Below the pieces are notes generated by a model. It had not been told where the DNA came from. It searched no databases and worked only from the letters and a program-made list of their open reading frames with translations. A stretch of 64,000 nucleotides of DNA from the human T2T-CHM13v2.0 reference genome, Homo sapiens. Position numbers and translations under genes: made by a program. The DNA lies in assembly GCF_009914755.1 (NCBI RefSeq), contig NC_060947.1, one strand, 5' to 3'. The stretch's first letter is position 1, and every line of letters starts with the position of its first letter. This document shows, one piece after another, positions 9,561-26,469 of the stretch.

Positions 9561-12440
9561 ACAGAATAAAGAATTAGTGAGCTTGAAGGCAGGCTATTTG
9601 AAAATACAAAGTCAGTGGAGAAAAAAGAAAAAAGAATTCTAAAAAAATGACACATACATAGAGGATCTAGAAAATAAAAAGGGCAAATCTAAGAGTTATT
9701 TGCTTTAAAGAGAGGGTAGAGAAAGCAATAGGGTAGAATGATCATTCAAAGGGATTATAATAGAGAAATTTCAAAACCTAGAGAAAGATATCAATATCCA
9801 AGTGCAAGAAGGCTGTAGAATACCAAGCAGATTTAATCCAAAGAAGACTGCCTCAAGGCATTCAACAATCAAACTTTCAAAGCTCAAGTATAAATAAAGG
9901 ATCCTAAAAGCAGCAAGAGAAAAGAAAGAAAGAACATACAATTGAGCTTGAATATGTCTGGCAGCAGACTTTCCAGTAGAAACTTTACAGGCCAGGAAAG
10001 AGTGGTATGACATATTTAAAGTGCTGAAGAAAAAAACTTTCACCCTAGGATAGTATATCTGGCAAAACTATCCTTCAAACATGAAGGACAAATAAAGACC
10101 TTCCTAGAAAAACAAAAGCTGAGGGATTTCATCAATACCAGACCTGTCCTACAAGAAATGGTCAAGGAAATACAGTCAGAAAGAAAGTACATTAAGTAGC
10201 AGTAAGTAATCACCTGAAGGTACAAAACTCACTGGCAATAGTAAGTAATAAAAAAAAAATGCAGAAAAGTATAACACTGTAACTGTGGTGTGCAAACTAC
10301 TCTAATCCTATGTAGAAAGACTAAACAGTGAGCCAATTAAAAATAATAACTACAACAACTTTTCAAGACATAGGGAGTTCGATAAGGTATAAATAGAAAA
10401 AACAGAAAGTTAAAAAGCAGAGAACAAAGTGAAGGCATAATGTTTTCATTAGGTTCCTTTTGGCATGTTAGTTTGTTTATGCACACAGTGTTAAGTTGTT
10501 ATCAGGTTAAAATAATGGGTTGTAAGGTAGCATTTGCAAGCCTCATGGTAACTTCAAACCAAAAAATCATACAATGGATACATAAAAAACAAAAAAGCAA
10601 GTAACTAAATCAGATCATCAGAGAAAATTACCTCAGCTAGCAGAAGACAGAAAGGAAAGAAAGAAGAGAGACAATTTTAAAATTTGAAAACAAATGATAA
10701 TGGCAGGAGTGAGTCCTTTCTTATAAAAAAATAATATTAAATGTTAATAGACTAAACTTTGTAATCAAGAGACATCGTCTGGGTGAATGGATGAAAAAAT
10801 AAGTCCCAATGATCTGTTACCTACAAGAAACACACTTCATCTATAAAGACACACATAGACTGAAAACATAAAAAGATGGAAAAAGATATTCCATGCCAAT
10901 GGATACCAAGAAAGAGCAGGAGTAGATATACTTTTATCATATAACATGAATTTCAAAACAAAATGTATAAGAAGAGACAAAAAAGCACTATATAGTAACA
11001 AAGGGGTCAATTCAGCAGGAGGATATAACAATCGTAAACATATATGCACCCAACACTGGAGCACCCAGATTTATAAAGCCAATATTAGAGTTAAGGAGAC
11101 AGATAGGCACAAATACAATCATAGCTAGAGATTTCAACACCCCACTTTGAGCACTGGACTGAACTTCTAGACAGAAAATTAGCAAAGAAACATCAGATTT
11201 AATCTACACTATAGATAAAATGGATCTAGCAGATATTTACAGAATATTTCACCCAACAGCTGCAGAATACACATCCTTTTCCTCAGCACATGGATCATTC
11301 TCAAGTTTAGACCATATTTTAGGTCACAAAAGAAGTCTTAAAACATTCAAAAAAATTGAAATAATATCAAGCATCTTCTCTGACCACAATGGAATAAATT
11401 ACAAATTAATAACAGGAGGAATTTTGGAAACTATACAAATACATGGAAATTAAACAATATGCTCTTGAAGAAACTAAGAAGGAAATTGAAAAATTCTTTG
11501 AAACAAATAATAAAGGAAACACAATATACCAAACCTGTGGGATGCAGTGAAAGCAGTACTAAGAGGGAAGTTTATAGCTATAAGTGCCTACATTAAAAAA
11601 GAGAAATAACTTCAAATGAACAATCTAATAATATATCTTAAAGAACTAGAAAAGCAAGAGCAAATCGAACCAAAAATTAGACAAATAAAAAGAAATAATT
11701 AAGATCAGAGAAAAAATAAAATTAAAATAAATATAAGACAATAAATCAATGAAATATAAAATTGTGTTTTTGAAAAGTTAAACAAAATTGACAAATTTAG
11801 CCAGACTAAGAATAAAAGTGAGTAGATCCAAATAAATAAAATCAAAAATGATACAGAAGATATTATAACAGATACTACAGAAGTTCAAAGGATCATTAGG
11901 GGCTACTAACAGCAACTACATGCCAATAAATTCGAAAATCTAAAAAAAAATAAAAAATAAACAAACTCCTAGACACATACAACTTACCAAGATTGAACCA
12001 GGAGAAAATTCAAAATCTGAACAGACCAATAACAAGTAACAAGATTGAAGCCTAATTTTCTCCCAGCAAAGGAAACCTTAGTACCTGATGGTTTGACCTC
12101 TGAATTCTACCAAACACTTAAGGAACTAGTAAAAATCCTACTTAGAGTGTTTCAATAAATAAAGAGGGAGAGAATAATTTTAAACTAATTCTACAATGCC
12201 AGTATTACCTTAATACCAAAAACCAGACAAAGACACATCAAAAAAACAAAACTACAGGCCAATATCTTGATGAATATTGAAGTAAAAATCATCAACAAAA
12301 TGCTAGCAAACAGAATGCTCAAGACATTAGAAAGATCATTTGTCATGACCAAGCGGGAATTATCACTGGGATGCAAAGATGGTTCAAGATATACAAATCA
12401 AACAATGTGATACATCATATCAACACAATGAAGGATAAAA
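9561..12440 (+). mobile_element. L1MA internal segment (ORF1 3' half, spacer, ORF2 EN to start of RT); disrupted
   Basis: ORF 11220-11453 (DIYRIFHPTAAEYTSFSSAHGSFSSLDHILGHK...FSDHNGI) is an L1 endonuclease domain; RT-proximal motifs near 12200-12440; many stops and frameshifts. Confidence 0.92.
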
Positions 12441-15190
<2,750 letters not shown>

Positions 15191-15500
15191 CTGTTTTGAG
15201 TATTTATAACTGCATATAAATGGTACAATTTGCAACTTTGTGCCTTGCTCAACACTATATTTTGAATATTTTCATGCTGACATATGTGAATCTATATTAT
15301 GTATTTTCACTTTAAGGTAGCATTCTGTTGAATTAATATAGCACAATCATCCTTTCTTTTTTTTTCATTTTTTGGCATACGTGAGTGCTGTCTTCACTGT
15401 TTTGCTCTTCACAATATTCTATGAACATTCTTCTATACATCTACTTATATACATGTGTACAGATTTCATTGAAGTGTATACTATTTAAATTTATCACAAA
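15191..15500 (-). mobile_element. L1ME 3' region fragment (segment B), inverted relative to its flanking pieces
   Basis: Antisense L1ME 3' motifs (ctcaacactatattttgaatattttcatg; tagcattctgttgaattaatatagcacaat; atgaacattcttctatacatc). Confidence 0.75.
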
Positions 15501-15726
15501 GAGGAGGTATAGCAAGATGGTGAAATATAAGGCTTCATAAATCGTCCCCCCAGCAAGGGCACCAAATTAACAACTATCTACACAGAAAAACCACCTTTGT
15601 CAGAACCAAAAATCAGGTGAGCCTCATAGTTCCTTGTTTTTAATTCATGTTGCTGAAATAGGCATAGGAGAGATAGAAAAAGAAGTCTTGAATTGCATAC
15701 ACCACTCCTCCCCCAACCCCCAGTGG
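15501..15726 (+). mobile_element. L1MA 5' end, first ~225 nt only (element #1)
   Basis: GAGGAGGTATAGCAAGATGGTGAAATATAAGGC...TTAACAACTATCTACACAGAAAAA...AAAAATCAGGTGAGC; homologous to the reverse complement of about 14960-15190. Confidence 0.88.
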
Positions 15727-16570
15727 GTTTTTCTATTCTATTGCATTGCTAGGCTGCAAGTTTTCTGAACTTTTATACTCTGTTTCCCTTATAAAACTGA
15801 ATGCCTTTAACAGCACTCAAGTCATATCTTGAATGCTTTGCTGCTTAGAAATTTCTTCTGCCAGATACTATAAATCATCTCTCTCAAGTTCAAAGTTCCA
15901 CAAATCTCTAGAGAAGGGGCAAAATTCTGCCAGTCTCTTTGATAAAACATAACAAGAGTCACTTTTGCTCCAGTTCGCAACAAGTTTCTTATTTCCATCT
16001 GAGACTACCTCAGCCCGGACTTTATTGTCCATATCATTATTAGCATTTTCGTCAAAGCATTTAACAAGTCTTTAGGAAATTCCAAATTTTCCCACATTTT
16101 CCTGTCTTCTTCTGAGCCTTCCATACTATTTGAACTCCTTCCTGTTTCCCAGTTCCAAAGTCGCTTCCACATTTTCAAGTATCTTTTCAGCAATGCCCCG
16201 CTCCCGGTACCAATTTGCTGTGTTAGTTCATTTTCTTGCTGCTGATAAAGATAAACTCGAGACTGGGCAATTTATGAAAGAAAGAAGTTTAATAGACTTA
16301 CAGTTACACATGGCTGGGGAGGCCTCATAATCATGGCGGAAGGCAAGGAGGAGCAAGTGACATCTTATGTGGATAGCGGCAGGCAAAAAGAGTATGTACA
16401 GGGAAACTCCCCCTTTTAAAAACATCAGATCTCATGAGACTTATTCACTATCATGAGAACAGCATGGGAAAGACCTTCCCCCATGATTTAATTACCTCCC
16501 ACCAGGTCCCTCCCACATGAAGTGAAAATTCAAGATAAGATTTGGGTGGGGACACAGCCAAACTGTATCA
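15727..16570 (-). mobile_element. Truncated THE1 (B/C-like): 5' LTR 16219-16570 plus ~490 bp of internal sequence
   Basis: Antisense internal start (GGTACCAATTTGC) abuts the LTR; the LTR ends CACAGCCAAACTGTATCA; the rest of the provirus is missing. Confidence 0.92.
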
Positions 16571-17190
16571 GCGTATGTAGTATATAGTGTGAAGTCATGA
16601 ATAGAAATAATATAAATAAAAATCAGCATAGTTATTTTTCCAGAGTAAAAGGAAGAGAATCTGATTTGTGAGGGTATACAGAGGTCTTCACTTTGTTCAT
16701 TTTACTTATTCCTTAAGCTGAATTGGGTTGATATGGTTTGGCTGTGACCACACCCAAATCTCACCTTGAATTGTAATAATTCCCATGTGTCAAGGGTGGG
16801 GCCAGTTGGAGATAATTAAATCATGGGGTTGATTTCCCCCCATAATGTTCTCCTGATAGTGAATAAATCTTATTAGATCTGATGGCTTTATAAATGGGAG
16901 TTCCCCTGCACACACCCTCTTGCCTGCCAGCATGCAAGACATCTCTTTGCTCTTTCTTTGCCTTCCACCATGATTGTGAGGCCTCCCCACCATGTGGAAC
17001 TTTGAGTTCATTAAACCTCTTTTCTCTGTATATTACCCAGTCTTGGGTATGTCTTTATTAGCAACATGATAATGAACTAATACAAGGATGTATACATATG
17101 CTTTTTTTAAAATTAGGCTTTAATTTTTTGCCTTATAAATTTGATGATATATAAACTACTTCTCAATAAATGTTAAAAAAATTAAAAATT
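16571..17190 (+). mobile_element. L1ME 3' end (segment C), interrupted by a THE1 LTR
   Basis: aaaatcagcatagttattttt...gagggtatacagaggtcttca...ccttaagctg...; ends in aataaa and an A-rich tail near 17165-17190. Confidence 0.6.
16729..17084 (+). mobile_element. THE1B solo LTR
   Basis: TGATATGGTTTGGCTGTG...CTAATACA, 356 bp; TSD degenerate (tgggt/aggat). Confidence 0.92.
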
Positions 17191-18217
17191 TTCTAAAAGA
17201 GAGAAAGGTCTTTGAACACAGCACATTTATTTTGTTTCATGGACCCAGTAAATATTAGTTGAGGCCGAGAAGAAGAAAGGGACTTTGATTGCTCTACCTC
17301 TTTGCCTGCTTAAGTTGATACAAGTGAAAATCTCTGGTGTTCATCATTTAATTTTGTCAGAAGCCATTCTCTTCAGTTTCATTGCATCTGATGTTATGAT
17401 TTTTTGTATGTTGAGTTTAATTATTTGTAGCAAAAAGCAAACAGATACTTTCTCAAAGTCTATGTTTTAAAGATTTATAAAATTTGTCTTTAAATATTAA
17501 CAATATGTTTTAAAAAGATAAAAATCCAAGATTCTCTGATCAAATATTTTGAACATTCTTTAATAAAAATCTGACCCCAAATTATTTGCTCTTAGCTGAA
17601 TCAGAAAGATTTCTAAAATATTAATAAGCTAGAATGTTATCTTTCTATTTAATAGGATAGAATGGTTCTAAATATCCTATAAGCTTATCTGTTCCTTTTA
17701 TATTATAATGTCCAGCAAATAAAAATATGATCCAAACTCACACTTTATCGTCTTTCATTTATTTACCCTGTTCGCTAAAATACATGAAAACTTTCATTAA
17801 GTATGCATGATTCATATGAGAATACTCATTGGGCATACAATGGATCTGTATAAAAAAGTTTTAATGTTTATTTATGAAATACTATTTTGGCTAGAAGGTG
17901 CCAATCAATTAACTTCACCAAAACCTGATGGCTCTTAAAGTTCCAACTAACATATTTCAATTAAAGAGGCTGGATGACCATTCAACACTATATTTAAAAA
18001 GCATCATGAAAGCTGTACTAATAATAAGACAAAACAACTTTTTGCATGCAGTATGATTTTTATCAGCCTGAGTGTTTAATGAGATTGTAAGAGTGAATTG
18101 TTAAGAACAATCTCAGCAGAAATACAACCATGTTACCCTGACTCTCTGTGTACAGTAGACATCCAGAATTTACACAAAAGATTATTCTCCAAACAAAGGT
18201 CATTCTAGATAAATAAG

Positions 18218-18566
18218 TATCTTAGTCAGTCTGGGTTACTATGACAGAATGCCATAGGCTGGGTGGCTTAAAGAACAAACATTTATTTCTTACAGGTCTG
18301 GAGGCTGGGAGTCCAATGTCAAAGCACCAGCAGATAAAGTGTTTGGTGAGGGCCTGCTTCTTCATTTATAGATGTCCATATTTTCTTTGTGTCTTCATGT
18401 GACAGAAAGAAGGCTAGAGAGCACTCTATGGTCTCTATTATAAGAGCAGTAAACCCACTCATGAGGGATCCACCTTCCAAAGACTCTACTTTCTAATACC
18501 ATCACATTGGGGGTTAAAATTTGAAGATATGAATCTTGGGGACATGCAAACGTTCAGTCCCTAACA
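18218..18566 (-). mobile_element. MLT1A/A0 solo LTR
   Basis: T(a)TCTTAGTC...GGCTGGGTGGCTTA...AAACATTTATTTCT...TTCAGTCCCTAACA; TSD ataag/ctaag. Confidence 0.88.
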
Positions 18567-18954
18567 CTAAGACACTCATAGAAACTAAGTTAGGTAGTAC
18601 CTTTTAGGCAGAAACTCTCTCAAAATGCTGTATAGCTCTACTAAATAGTTACCCACTGATCCAAAAGACTGAATATATCATTCAAAGTTGAGCACACTTA
18701 GAGAATAAGCATAGTCATATGGTGAGGTCTTTTTTGTTGCCACCTAATATATATTGCTACAATAAAAGGAAAACATTTTGTTTAAAACTTTGTAATTGCA
18801 TTTGGCAAGATTCCCTATCCTCTTGTCTGTAAGAACTAATCAGAATTCACAGTGACTGTTAAACAGAAACAAATTGAAAGTGTAAGCTTACCATTGAAAA
18901 GAAGACATAAGGATACTGCATTATTGCCAGTGGTGAGAAGCAAAATAGGTATAA

Positions 18955-18967
18955 ACACACACACACT

Positions 18968-19005
<38 letters not shown>

Positions 19006-19031
19006 GAGAGAGAGAGAGAAAGAGAAAGAAA
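18955..19031. repeat. Compound microsatellite (AC)n-TCAA-(AC)n-GG-(AG)n
   Basis: Read directly. Confidence 0.95.
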
Positions 19032-20136
19032 TAGTTGGGATCCAAATATCCCATTATACAATATTGTTTAATAATATCTTTGCTTCCACAGCTTTTGTGA
19101 GTGAAATTAAACTAGAAATAGAAATTAAACTAAAGAAATAGACACACTGCATTTTCTGTCTTTCTTGTTCAAATATCCTTTTCAATAAATATTATCAACA
19201 AATTTTAATTTACAATTTTGAATGTCTCAGTTAATGCTCCTTACCTTCCCCCAATCCTGTGCCCAGCAACCACTTCATAGTTATTTGTATTTATTTGTAT
19301 TCCAGGATTATGAAGTACACATTAACAATGAAGCCTCTTTTCAAGTAAAGAAGTGAGTAGTGAGTATCTCTGTGGTCACAATTACAGTCCTGTCTTGGTG
19401 GGTAATTGGATAAAATAGGGGCCAGGACAGTAATCCGCAGATCTGCATAGGAAGTATTTGCCAGGCTAAAAGCAAAGTAATGCCATATCCAGGTTATCAA
19501 CTAATTCTCTGGGGCACGCTAAAGGAAAGCTGCCGTCTTGAATTGAGGAGACAAGAATGGGAGAAACCATTGATACGAGTCTTTTGGAGAAAGGAGTTAA
19601 GAGGAATCTCAGTTTAAGGAAAGAGTACTCCCAATCTTTGTTGATCAAAAAGCAACTAATAAAGGTATTTTAGAATTTAAGAAAGGTCTCATAGTTTCTA
19701 TACTGTTGCCATTATAAGGAACTCAAATATCATGAGAGAGTAAACAGGCTCTTACAAATGGAGCAAGTTAATGTTTAACATACTTAAACATGTTGCCTAA
19801 AACAGCCTCTCTAAGGGTTGTGAATATGTCCCTCCACTCCGCAAGTTGTTTGCACAAACAGTGATGGAACAAATTGTGTTAGATCACAGTTTAGTATAAA
19901 TTTCAACTGAGTGTCAGTTGTTCCCAACTTGAATCACCCTTCTGGGTAAAACCATTTTCCAAAAAGAAAGTAAGATTGATTCACTGTATGTGTTTTTTAA
20001 TTAGTTAATTATTTTTAATATTGTATGTGTTTTTTTTTCAACCATATCCTAAATGTGTCTTAGGATTCTGCAAGGTTCATTGCAACAAACAGAATAGGTT
20101 AGAATTGGTTGTTTGGCTTATTCCTTCTGATTTCTT

Positions 20137-20434
20137 TTTTTTTATTTTTTTGAGACGGAGTTTCGCTCTTGTTGCCCAGGAGGAGTTCAATGGCGCAATC
20201 TCGGCTCACTGCAGCCTCTGCCTCCTGGATTCAAGCAATTCTCCTGCCTCAGCCTCCTGAGTAGCTGGGATTACAGGCGCCTGCCACCACACCAGGTTAA
20301 TTTTCTGTATTTTTGGTAGAGACGGGGTTTGGTCATGTTGGTCAGGCTGGTCTCAAACTCCTGGCCTCAGGTGATCTGCCCGCCTTGGCCTCCCAAAGTG
20401 CTGGGATTACAGATGTGAGCCACCACACCTGGCC
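20137..20434 (-). mobile_element. AluSq/Sp-like
   Basis: Full dimer with the GTTTCGCTCTTGTTGCCC variant; TSD core TTCTGATTTCTT (20125-20136 / 20439-20450) followed by AA. Confidence 0.95.
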
Positions 20435-21032
20435 CTCTTTCTGATTTCTTAACAAGCATTTCCTGAATGCATACTACAATACAGTACTGCCATTTTTTTA
20501 GCTCCAAAACTATCCAATCATTTTATTTGATTTATCATGTATCATATTTCAGGCAACCTGTTTAAATCAACCATTTATCATACCTGCCCACCTGTCAAGT
20601 CCTGAATGAAGAAGACTTTTCTTTAAAAAAACTTTTTTTGTTCACAGATTATTTTTTGTAAATGCTAGAACACCAATAGTAGTTCATGGCATATAAAGCT
20701 CACTTGGCTTAAGGTAGATGGTAAATATACTTCTTTCAGATACATTGAAAGAAAAGACCAAAATTGGACTTTGATGCTCTTTAAATCTTTATAACGCACT
20801 ATATATTTTTAAAAATAATTGCATCATATTAATAAAAAATAATATGTGAAATTATATGACAAGTCTAGATAACAATATGCATTTCAAGCTTCCTTTATAT
20901 ATATTCATAAGAAGACATCCTGCTATTGTTATTTGTCATATTGTTTCTTAGGGGTATGTTATTACATACTTATTACTACAATTAACAGTTATATAAATAT
21001 TGAAGAATTTTTACCTTATACATTACAATCTA

Positions 21033-21935
<903 letters not shown>

Positions 21936-23418
21936 GAGACATTAAATTTTAAAAGTCAGATAATTATCAGAATTATTACATTCAATGTATAATCCTTAAT
22001 ATCTCATGAACACTAGTATTTTTGTAATATATAATAGTTCAGAAAATCTAGCTAAGTCTCCCTATTTCGTTTTCAACTCAGTGTGTATTTGATTATCCCC
22101 TGGGTATGTCCAGTGTTTTGTAAGGTATGAAGGTAGGAATTGGAATTTATAGTCATAGTCTATATTACATAGTCATGTCTATAGTGCCTATTCATTTATT
22201 TGAAATAAATATGTTTATTCTCAAATGGAAATTGTCTTTGTAGAGGACATTTTATGTTCATGAAATATCAAAATAAAAGTGTTTGTTAATCTTTTTTGTT
22301 TAGTAAGGGAATGAGATTGATTTTTTTTTTTTTTGTGGCTGGAAATAAAGACAGAATTGAGATTTTGAGGTCCCATTTAGACTTTAATAATTTATTTAAT
22401 TTAATATTTTAAGTTACTTCTCTGCATTTGAATGTTATAATTGTTAGAGGTACTCTCTTAGAGGTACTGGAAAACTTTGTTAATTAATCCCACAAAATAC
22501 TGATAAGGCCTCAAAACAATAGACTTATGTAAATCTTATGATATGTAACATAATGTGACCAAAAGAATTTTACTACTTTTTTCTGTGTTTTAAAAAGCTG
22601 TTTAACTCTCCTATAAAGAAATTCAATTTAATATTTGGCTTTCACTTATTCTGAGACTCTTGTAAGATCAGTGTTCTTATATCTGCCTTTGGTCATGGTA
22701 TTGTTGAAACAATAAGCCTAAGATTCTTCAAACACTTGCACACATTCAGTTTTTCCCACTAAGTTGCGCTGAATAAGAGTCACATCATCCTTTTTTTAGG
22801 AATATGCTGTACTATCTGCGAAACCGTATACCTCTTCAAAGAGATCCAATGTCTTGCTTATAAAATAGCAAAATGTCAGAGGCTGAGGTAATTAAATGAC
22901 CAGAAGCAGAAAAAAGTAATTTATTTTGTCCTTTTTATGTGACTTGAAACTCTGATTATACCCATTTTAATACTTACCTAGTTTAGGGAAATTCAAAATT
23001 AGAGGGAAGAGTTGGAGTGGGTGGAAATGAAAACAAGAAAGATGACAGAGACAAAAATAGAGGGCTGATATGGAGTGGTTGGTTCACTTTTTTTTTTTTC
23101 CAGAGCATGTATAGGCAAGGAATAGGAGCATCAATGAGGAGAAGCACAGTAACATCACTGAACAGAGTGCTGCCTCATTCTTCAGAGTCCTCCACACAAT
23201 CCTCCATAAAGCACTGATCAGTTTACTAATGAACTTCTTATCTTTCAGTGGAAGGTTTGCCAAAATGCTAGCCCAGATACTAGCTAATTCCTGGTGCTAT
23301 GCAATCTCAGGGTGTTCAAATAAGTCAGTCAGTATGAAGGGCTTGCTGATGAGACCACAGTATTACATAACTGATTCATAGGTGACTGGTGCATTCTAAT
23401 ATCTTTCAGAAATCCTTT

Positions 23419-24017
23419 GGTACTAGTTTTATGTTGCTGCAAACCAAATCATCACAAACGCAGTGGCGTTTAAAGCAACACGTATTTATTATCTCACAAA
23501 CAACACATATTTATTATTTCACAGTGTCTGTAGATTAGAGGCCTCAGCACAGCTTAGCTGGGTTTTCTGCTTCAGTCTCACCAGTTGGCAAAGCAGGTGT
23601 CAAATGGGGCTATAGTCTCATTAGGGAAAGATCTGCTTCCAAGCACACTCAGGTTGTTACAGAATTCATATTCTTGCTGCTTCAGGACCAAGGGTTTGTT
23701 TCTTGCTAGAGGCCTTCCTCAGTTCCTAAAGACCACCTACAGTTTCTTTCCATATGAGCTTCTCCAACATGACCACTTACTTTATGGAACTTTGCTCCTT
23801 CAAAGCTAGCAAGGGAGAGAGAGTGCAAATCTGCTAGCGAGTTGAAGTCTTATAATGTAACTTGCTAATGGAAGCAACATTTCATCACCTTCGCCATATT
23901 CAGTTTCTTAGAAGCAAGTCACAGATCTCATCCAGATACAGGGAAAGCGGATTACAAAAATATGTGAACCCTGAGATAGGGATCATTGGTTGTACACTTT
24001 AGAATCTGTCCATGCAC
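23419..24017 (-). mobile_element. MLT1F/G-type solo LTR with an internal 25-bp tandem duplication (23476-23523)
   Basis: caaacgcagtggc...aaagcaacacgtatttattatctcaca...cacagcttagctggg...tagaagcaagtcacag. Confidence 0.75.
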
Positions 24018-25511
24018 CTTGCGTATTCCTGCAGGTGCAACTCAGTAGCACTAGTGCCAACCATGTCATTTTCTGGTTTAGGATAAGTCCTCAGGGGAAA
24101 AAATTCTCATTTACATTTTTTATTTAATAGGGTATCTAGGAGATAAGTCAAGGAAACAGGCAAACCTAGCCAACTCAGGATTGGAGAGAGAGAGAATGAA
24201 CATTTAGAAAATCAGTGAGATCAACTTCACCTCTATCCATCTGTGGAAAGGCTGCAGGGACTGCCTAATGCTGTAACAGTTGACAGTGATGGCCTTGTTA
24301 TCAATTATAACTAGGCCTAGATTGCTTTTGTTAATACCTAGTGGAAGATTGGCAATGTGAAACCTACACAATGGATAAAGGAGCATAGAGTTGTACTTCT
24401 ATGTCTTTGCTTGAAACACTTGCATATTTTCTCAAAGTATAAGAAAATCCAAATGAATTGGAAAATATTTGAATTTTAAATTTAAGAGAGATAAAGGACA
24501 AACTAAGTCACAGAATTGTTTTGGATTTTCCTTCATGATTCATAGCATTGTGGGTGTGAGAAACCCAATTTATTTTCTTCTCAGTTACATACATGCTAAG
24601 TCCATTTTCACCTGGCCTTGTCCATCTTCACCAATTTGTCATATTTTGACTCAGTTTGATTATATAGTGAAATGTGCAGGGGTGTGGTAATACATGGATG
24701 CAGTTTGTGGGTCCAGATTACTCATTAAGCACCCTAAACCTCCATTTATGAAAAATTTTGATGACAGGTAAACTGTCAAGATTTCTTCCACTATACAGCA
24801 TGGCAGAACTGATTCTAACAGTGAAAAGGGAGTAAAAAAACATTATACACTAAATCTTTAAGGGTACTTTTAATATTCATTTTGTAAATGATTACTGCTC
24901 ACTGACGGAATCAGGTCCCTGGTGTTACTTCCTAATGACTTCTCCGGAGACTGGCAAGATAACTGATCTGGAAGAAATAGTAAGAGAAACCTACAAAATT
25001 GGCAAGGTTATTGATGTTGTTATCACTAGTACCAAAAAATGTGATCTAAATACAACACCTGCTAAATAGATGTTCAAACACTCATAGGCATGACTGTCAC
25101 GTTGCACAACTCTAGAAGGCCATGTTCAGCCTTTATATTTGTTTGAGGGATTGCAGTTCACATAGATCACAACTCTTTATGAATTGTTTCCTTTGAAGTT
25201 GTACTATTTGGCAGCCCTCGTCATGGGATCATAATTAAAGACATATTATAAAAATCAACTTCAGCCTCATTTGTTGGCCTAGAGTGGTTGCTTGATAGCG
25301 TTTCACATCTATACCCAATAATTTGAAGGCAGGAGATGAGAGCAAGCTCATTAAATTTGTAAATTTTGTCAATTGCATGAGTGTGTATTGATACTGCAGC
25401 TATTGCTCTTCCTCTGTCCTAGAATGGAACACTGGTTCAGGTCATGGGAAGCTTGGAAAATGCCGCTGCTTTTCTAGCAATGGAGATTTTATTAATGTTG
25501 ATGTTTCACTT

Positions 25512-25819
25512 TGTTTTATTTATTTATTTAAGAAAGAGTCTTGCTCTGTCTCGCAGGCTGGAGTCCACTAGTGCAACTTTGGCTCACTGCAGCCTCCCAC
25601 TTCTGGATTCAAACAACTATTGTGCCTCAGTCTCCCAAGTAGCTGGGATTACAGCCACGGGTCACCACGCCTAGCTAATTTTTTTTTAAATTTTTTTAAT
25701 TTTTAGTAGAGACAAGATTTCGCCATGTTGTCCAGGCTGGTATTTCCTAGACTCAAGTGATCTGCCCACTTTGGCCTCACAAAGTGCTGAGATCACAGGC
25801 ACGAGCCACTGGGCCCGGC
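25512..25819 (-). mobile_element. AluJ
   Basis: Diverged dimer (ctcaagtgatctgccc); TSD TGATGTTTCACTT (25499-25511 / 25820-25832). Confidence 0.93.
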
Positions 25820-26351
25820 TGATGTTTCACTTCTTTCAAAGGCATTATTAACGTCTCTCTTTTGCTGGTTTAATTTGCTACCAAGATCCTGGAAAGCCCA
25901 CACAGGGATAGTTTGCCCCAGTAAAATGCATCTGCAGGAGGCTTGTTAAATCAGTTTGCCTAAAAATGCAGACTTTTGTTTTCCCACTATTTTAGTTCCC
26001 CAAACTGATATTTTTCATATGTGAGGGAGATAGACATAGCTTTCACACAACTTTTTACACAAATTGGACACAGTGTAAGAAGAATGAACTGCCCTTTTGC
26101 TGTGCTTGCTTACTTCATAATGTCTTTGGTAAGGAAGGTGCTAAGCTTATCTACAAATGTACAAAATAGTAGAGGAACGATTGAAAGAAAGATTTTATTA
26201 AAAGTAATGAGAATGTAGATCTGAATTGAAGTTTCATAGCTTTTGATTATTTAATTCTTCATTTGATAAACTTAACATCCAAATTACTTCATTAATGTAA
26301 AAGAAAAATGTACCTAGCACTGATTCATTGTATCCCCCTCCCCAAAATATG

Positions 26352-26376
26352 CACACACACACACACACACACACAC
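26352..26376. repeat. (CA)12 microsatellite
   Basis: Read directly. Confidence 0.95.
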
Positions 26377-26469
26377 CGCTCTTTCATTCAGCACTAATTA
26401 GATATTTTACCAGACTCATTCTTATCAACAAGTTTCATGCCTCAATTATTTGGTCAACAACTACTTAAG

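Noticed and set aside
18836-19054. ORFs with VCVC/HTHT runs (also 8009-8396, 30724-30918)
   Set aside because: Translations of dinucleotide microsatellites.
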